In this document: positions 48,810 through 52,187 of the stretch, piece after piece
How the letters are laid out: each line of letters opens with the position of its first letter
Numbering within the stretch: the first letter of the stretch is position 1
Sequence record: DRR723986_6770
DNA: 52,187 nucleotides
Direction: 5' to 3' (one strand)
Translations under genes and position numbers: made by a program
The notes under the pieces: model-generated
What the model saw: the letters and a program-made list of their open reading frames with translations, nothing else
What the model was told of the DNA's origin: nothing
The model's database searches: none

Positions 48810-49247
48810 TTATTTCTTAAAATATTTCTTCGGCACCAAAAACAGCCCAAACGAAACTGCTCCGTCCCTTTTTCTACTGTGATGATGAGCTTGGTGTGCT
48901 GCAAATATACCTTTTAAAAAGCCGTTGCGAGGTCGATCGAGCCATTTCAATCTACGATGGATAAGCACATCATGTAGAAAGAAATACAACATACCATATA
49001 TACTTATCCCTATGCCTAACCAAAACCTATAGTCAAACTCTTCAACTCCAAGGAGAATCAGCGCTACAGCAATGCTTCCAAACAAAAGAGAAAATAAATC
49101 ATTCAGTTCAAAAAATGAATCTGAATGTTCATGGTGTGTTTTATGAATCGACCACAACGGACCATGCATTAGGAATTTATGAATTGCCCAGCCTGACAAT
49201 TCCATCAAGACAAAACCTAAAATGCTGAACCCTATAGCTTCAATCAT
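48810..49247 (-). CDS. crtZ: Beta-carotene hydroxylase
   Basis: Motifs HKFLMHG, HKTHH, FELND, HDVLIH, HQAHH and SFG. Confidence 0.9.
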   Translation of the reverse strand: MIEAIGFSILGFVLMELSGWAIHKFLMHGPLWSIHKTHHEHSDSFFELNDLFSLLFGSIAVALILLGVEEFDYRFWLGIGISIYGMLYFFLHDVLIHRRLKWLDRPRNGFLKGIFAAHQAHHHSRKRDGAVSFGLFLVPKKYFKK

Positions 49248-49319
49248 CTTTGTAATAACCTTAGTGGTGAATTTTTGTTTAAGGATCTGTCAAAATAAAC
49301 GGCCACTTTGATAGAAAAA

Positions 49320-49988
49320 TTAAACACCCAATGTGAAATTAAGAATTGTAAAAAAAAGTATCATCGCGGTAAGCATCAATGCCGCTAAGGGATTACCTTT
49401 TTCAAAATTGCCTTTTCTATAAATCAAATGAATCAAAAAGGCTACTACAAACCAAGTCAGGTAGTTACTTGTAGGAATAACATCCGATTTCCAATACCAA
49501 AAATCCAACGCTACCGCTACAGGCTCCATGATATAATCGACCACAGTCATTGCACCTGCGCCGAGGAAGGCAGCAAACACATCATTGTCTGTAACCTTAT
49601 AGAATACTGCCCCTGTAAGGTAAACTAGTAAAAACCAGTTGATCCCAATCACTATTGGAACCTGCCACAGCATAGGGCCAAGTGTAGGACCATAGACATA
49701 ATCTCCGAAAATATAACCGGTATGAATTCCTATGAGTTCTGCTCCAAAACCAATCCAAAAAGCAACGGCTGCGAAAATCGGGAAAGCCTCAGCCCACCCT
49801 CGATGAAATCCCAAAACCAACAGCAAGGTAACAATCAGCTGCGCTGGAGTAAGCATCAGAAAATATTCGCGGTATTCTGGCAAACTCAATCCTATAGCAC
49901 CCACTGCATAGAGCGCCACTAGTACTACCTTCGCAATAATCACGCTTTTATTTTGTGCCTCTGGAGGTGCCTTGGCTATTTTGTGCAT
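49320..49988 (-). CDS. cruF: Carotenoid biosynthesis membrane protein, CruF-type 1,2-hydratase (DUF422)
   Basis: E.IG..TG..FG.Y.Y, VP..IG.NW, D..MEP.A...FW.W and P..NY..W motifs, within the crt cluster. Confidence 0.78.
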   Translation of the reverse strand: MHKIAKAPPEAQNKSVIIAKVVLVALYAVGAIGLSLPEYREYFLMLTPAQLIVTLLLVLGFHRGWAEAFPIFAAVAFWIGFGAELIGIHTGYIFGDYVYGPTLGPMLWQVPIVIGINWFLLVYLTGAVFYKVTDNDVFAAFLGAGAMTVVDYIMEPVAVALDFWYWKSDVIPTSNYLTWFVVAFLIHLIYRKGNFEKGNPLAALMLTAMILFFTILNFTLGV

Positions 49989-50099
49989 TTATTAGGGTGC
50001 TTTGATGGATGATTATTCACTTTTTCGGGTTTGGATTCCTAACTTTGGAATCTCAAATCTGTTTGCAAAAAAACGAAATTCCTTCCAAAATCCCCTGAT

Positions 50100-50405
50100 A
50101 TGATTCTTTACAACATCACTTTTACTGTAACCAACGACATCGAAGAGGATTTTGTCCAGTGGATGAGAGGCACTCATATCCCTGATATTTTCGCAACAGG
50201 TCTATTCTTAGAACATAAATTCTTCAGGCTGCTCAATAGTCCAGATGACAGTGTAACGAATTATGCTGTCCAGTTTTTTGCTGAAAACACCCGCAAGCTC
50301 ATTGAATACGAAAGCCGCTTTGCCAATGCACTTCGCTACGAAACACAGGCTAGGTACGGCGAAAAGGCAATGCCTTTCCGCACTTTGATGGAGTCGGTGG
50401 ATTAG
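50100..50405 (+). CDS. DUF4286-family protein
   Basis: MILYNIT..WM..HIP..TG.F..Y.VQ..F.TLME pattern. Confidence 0.8.
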   Translation: MILYNITFTVTNDIEEDFVQWMRGTHIPDIFATGLFLEHKFFRLLNSPDDSVTNYAVQFFAENTRKLIEYESRFANALRYETQARYGEKAMPFRTLMESVD

Positions 50406-50426
50406 GGGAATAGTAGAGAGACACTA

Positions 50427-50709
50427 GTTTCGCCCCATTGGGGCTATCTTACAAGTCCTACCGAAATACCCCCGGCTTTGCCGAGGGTTATGAAAAGTCA
50501 CAATCCTTCTGATTTTTTTTGAATAAATTGGGTCATCCAAGAAATTATGAGGTTGCAAATCTTTCTGTGGAAACATCATAATCTGTTTATCTTGAAAACA
50601 TAAGAACTAATCCTCAGCCAGCTCCGAAGGAGCCAAACCATTCATGACCCTGTACGAAGTGCGTTGTAGCTTGCAATGAGTTAGTTAAGTAGCCCTGAAG
50701 GGGCGGAAC
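50427..50709. repeat. Cluster of REP-like palindromes
   Basis: GTTTCGCCCCATTGGGGCT (50427-50445), with inverted relatives AGCTCCGAAGGAGCCAAAC (50620-50638) and AGCCCTGAAGGGGCGGAAC (50691-50709). Confidence 0.6.
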
Positions 50710-50910
50710 TTTTATTTACAAGGCTTCCCTTTACTAAAAAAAGAAACTATACGCTGAAGGCAAATTTAAATCACACATACTTATGGTTTCCAGATCATAA
50801 ATATCACACCTCATTTTATTGCCATATCCCACTAAATTTTTGATTAATTAACATTTGAGGGTCGGTTTTCATTTACAGTTTTTTTAGTTTTATAGCTAAC
50901 CCTACTGTAA

Positions 50911-52053
50911 ATGAAGCGACTATTTTTTCCATTAGCACTTATTATTTCATTTTCTTCCTGCGAAACCAAGAACAACTCAGAATCCTCCACCACCACGAGC
51001 CTACTTGAAAACTTCTCTTTCTCTGTTGACACTGTAATGGTGGACATCGGAGATGAACTCTTCATGCCGGGGGCTTATTACAAATTTGAGCTGAGTGAGT
51101 CCAGCGATCATGTCTTCACCTATTTTGAGCCTGAGTTTGAAGTTCACGAAATCGACCTGAATGCGATGAAACTTGTGAATCGCCACAAATTTGAAAAAGA
51201 CGGGCCAAATATGATTCCTATGTATTTAAACTACATGCAGAATCTCAATGAAACTGAACTATTTTTTGCAAATTCTAATCAAGCTGGTGTATTCAAAAAG
51301 ACTGGAGAAAAAGTAAAATCTATCTCTCTAAAACCAGAAGATTACACTGGCCTTGATCCTGAATTTCCTTTTGAGCTGGGAAACTCCATACAAATCAGTC
51401 CTGACCAAAAAACAGTATTGACTTTACCTAATCAGAATTTGGGAACAGCAGAAGGTCTTGCAATTCTGAATTTGGAAGATAAGAGCGGCAAATTCCTCAA
51501 GCTTCCAGCCTTAGAATTGACCAAAAATTTTAGGGTGCTTTTCAAACAAGGAAATGGAGCCATTTCCTCAGGTGAAAATCAGAGACTTTATATAATCAAC
51601 GGGCATTTTATCATAGATAGCGGTGCTACCTCAGATATCTATTTCTATGATCAAGTCAGCGGTTCCTTGCGACTAGTGACCTTTCCTCATCAGCTGGTAC
51701 CAAAGGCAAAGACAGGAGAATTTCCTCCCGAAGTTGATTCAAATGAAAGACGTAGAGAGGTGATGAATGAGATCCGTAAGCAAATCAGTTTTTCTCAATT
51801 TTTCTGGAACGAAAAGCATCAGATTTATTTCAGAATGGGTGAAATGAACAGGGAATTGAATGAAGTAACTAAAACATATTCGTCAGACACTTATCTATTT
51901 ACCTATGATAAAGATTTTAACCTGACTGGAGAAACCGAAGTCCAGGGTTTGGACTTCATGCCTACTTACGGTTTTGCCAGAGACAACAAACTCTATATGG
52001 AGTGGGTAGTCGATGAAAACCCTGCATTTATTGTCTACACCTTTAATTTTTAA
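50911..52053 (+). CDS. Lipoprotein, DUF4221-like (probable beta-propeller)
   Basis: Lipobox FSS-C, DTVMVD, FEKDGPN and YDKDFNLTGE. Confidence 0.75.
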   Translation: MKRLFFPLALIISFSSCETKNNSESSTTTSLLENFSFSVDTVMVDIGDELFMPGAYYKFELSESSDHVFTYFEPEFEVHEIDLNAMKLVNRHKFEKDGPNMIPMYLNYMQNLNETELFFANSNQAGVFKKTGEKVKSISLKPEDYTGLDPEFPFELGNSIQISPDQKTVLTLPNQNLGTAEGLAILNLEDKSGKFLKLPALELTKNFRVLFKQGNGAISSGENQRLYIINGHFIIDSGATSDIYFYDQVSGSLRLVTFPHQLVPKAKTGEFPPEVDSNERRREVMNEIRKQISFSQFFWNEKHQIYFRMGEMNRELNEVTKTYSSDTYLFTYDKDFNLTGETEVQGLDFMPTYGFARDNKLYMEWVVDENPAFIVYTFNF

Positions 52054-52058
52054 CCAAC

Positions 52059-52187
52059 ATGAAGAAACTATTTCCTGTACTATCTCTCATTCTCCTCGCT
52101 TCCTGCGGAGACAAAGGCAGTTCTGAATCCAACGAACAAGTAAACATTCTAGAAAATCTCACCTACTCTGTGGATACGGTGGTGGTG
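52059..52187 (+). CDS. Paralogous DUF4221-like lipoprotein, 3'-truncated
   Basis: Reads MKKLFPVLSLILLAS-CGDK...ILENLTYSVDTVVV, matching LLENFSFSVDTVMV of the previous gene; absent from the ORF track. Confidence 0.8.
   Translation, partial: MKKLFPVLSLILLASCGDKGSSESNEQVNILENLTYSVDTVVV

Noticed and set aside
555-51186. Many 60-170 aa ORFs nested in or antisense to long genes (for example 1642-2055, 3654-4019, 14671-15183, 43248-43673)
   Set aside because: They are shadow frames of well-supported genes and show no independent motifs.

Overview
A gene-dense, AT-rich chromosomal window from a Bacteroidota bacterium. Gene content and the carotenoid cluster suggest Cyclobacteriaceae, Algoriphagus-like (inference). 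Most genes are housekeeping: ccmF, recJ-lptB-GH3, tpiA-prmA, recX, glyQS, secDF, udk, rdgB, oxyR/ahpC-ahpD, gnd/zwf-pgl and aqpZ. It also holds a complete IS3-family element (9186-10640), an MNT-HEPN toxin-antitoxin pair, and a carotenoid cluster (cruF, crtZ, B12-MerR regulator, ECF sigma, crtI, crtB, crtYcd, ispH, crtW, TonB receptor) with crtD about 30 kb away. The best candidates for undescribed biology are: (1) a five-gene signalling cassette at 18057-21495 made of a small CPPYC-tailed protein, two paralogous polytopic membrane proteins, a sensor-less histidine kinase and a NarL-type regulator; (2) a membrane-anchored uORF ending in -IISTKGP just upstream of secDF that resembles a ribosome-arrest monitoring peptide; (3) a family of heptamer arrays that start at stop codons, two of them linked to a shared 24-bp motif. 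No rRNA, tRNA or CRISPR array was recognised. All calls come from reading the sequence by eye; no database searches were run.
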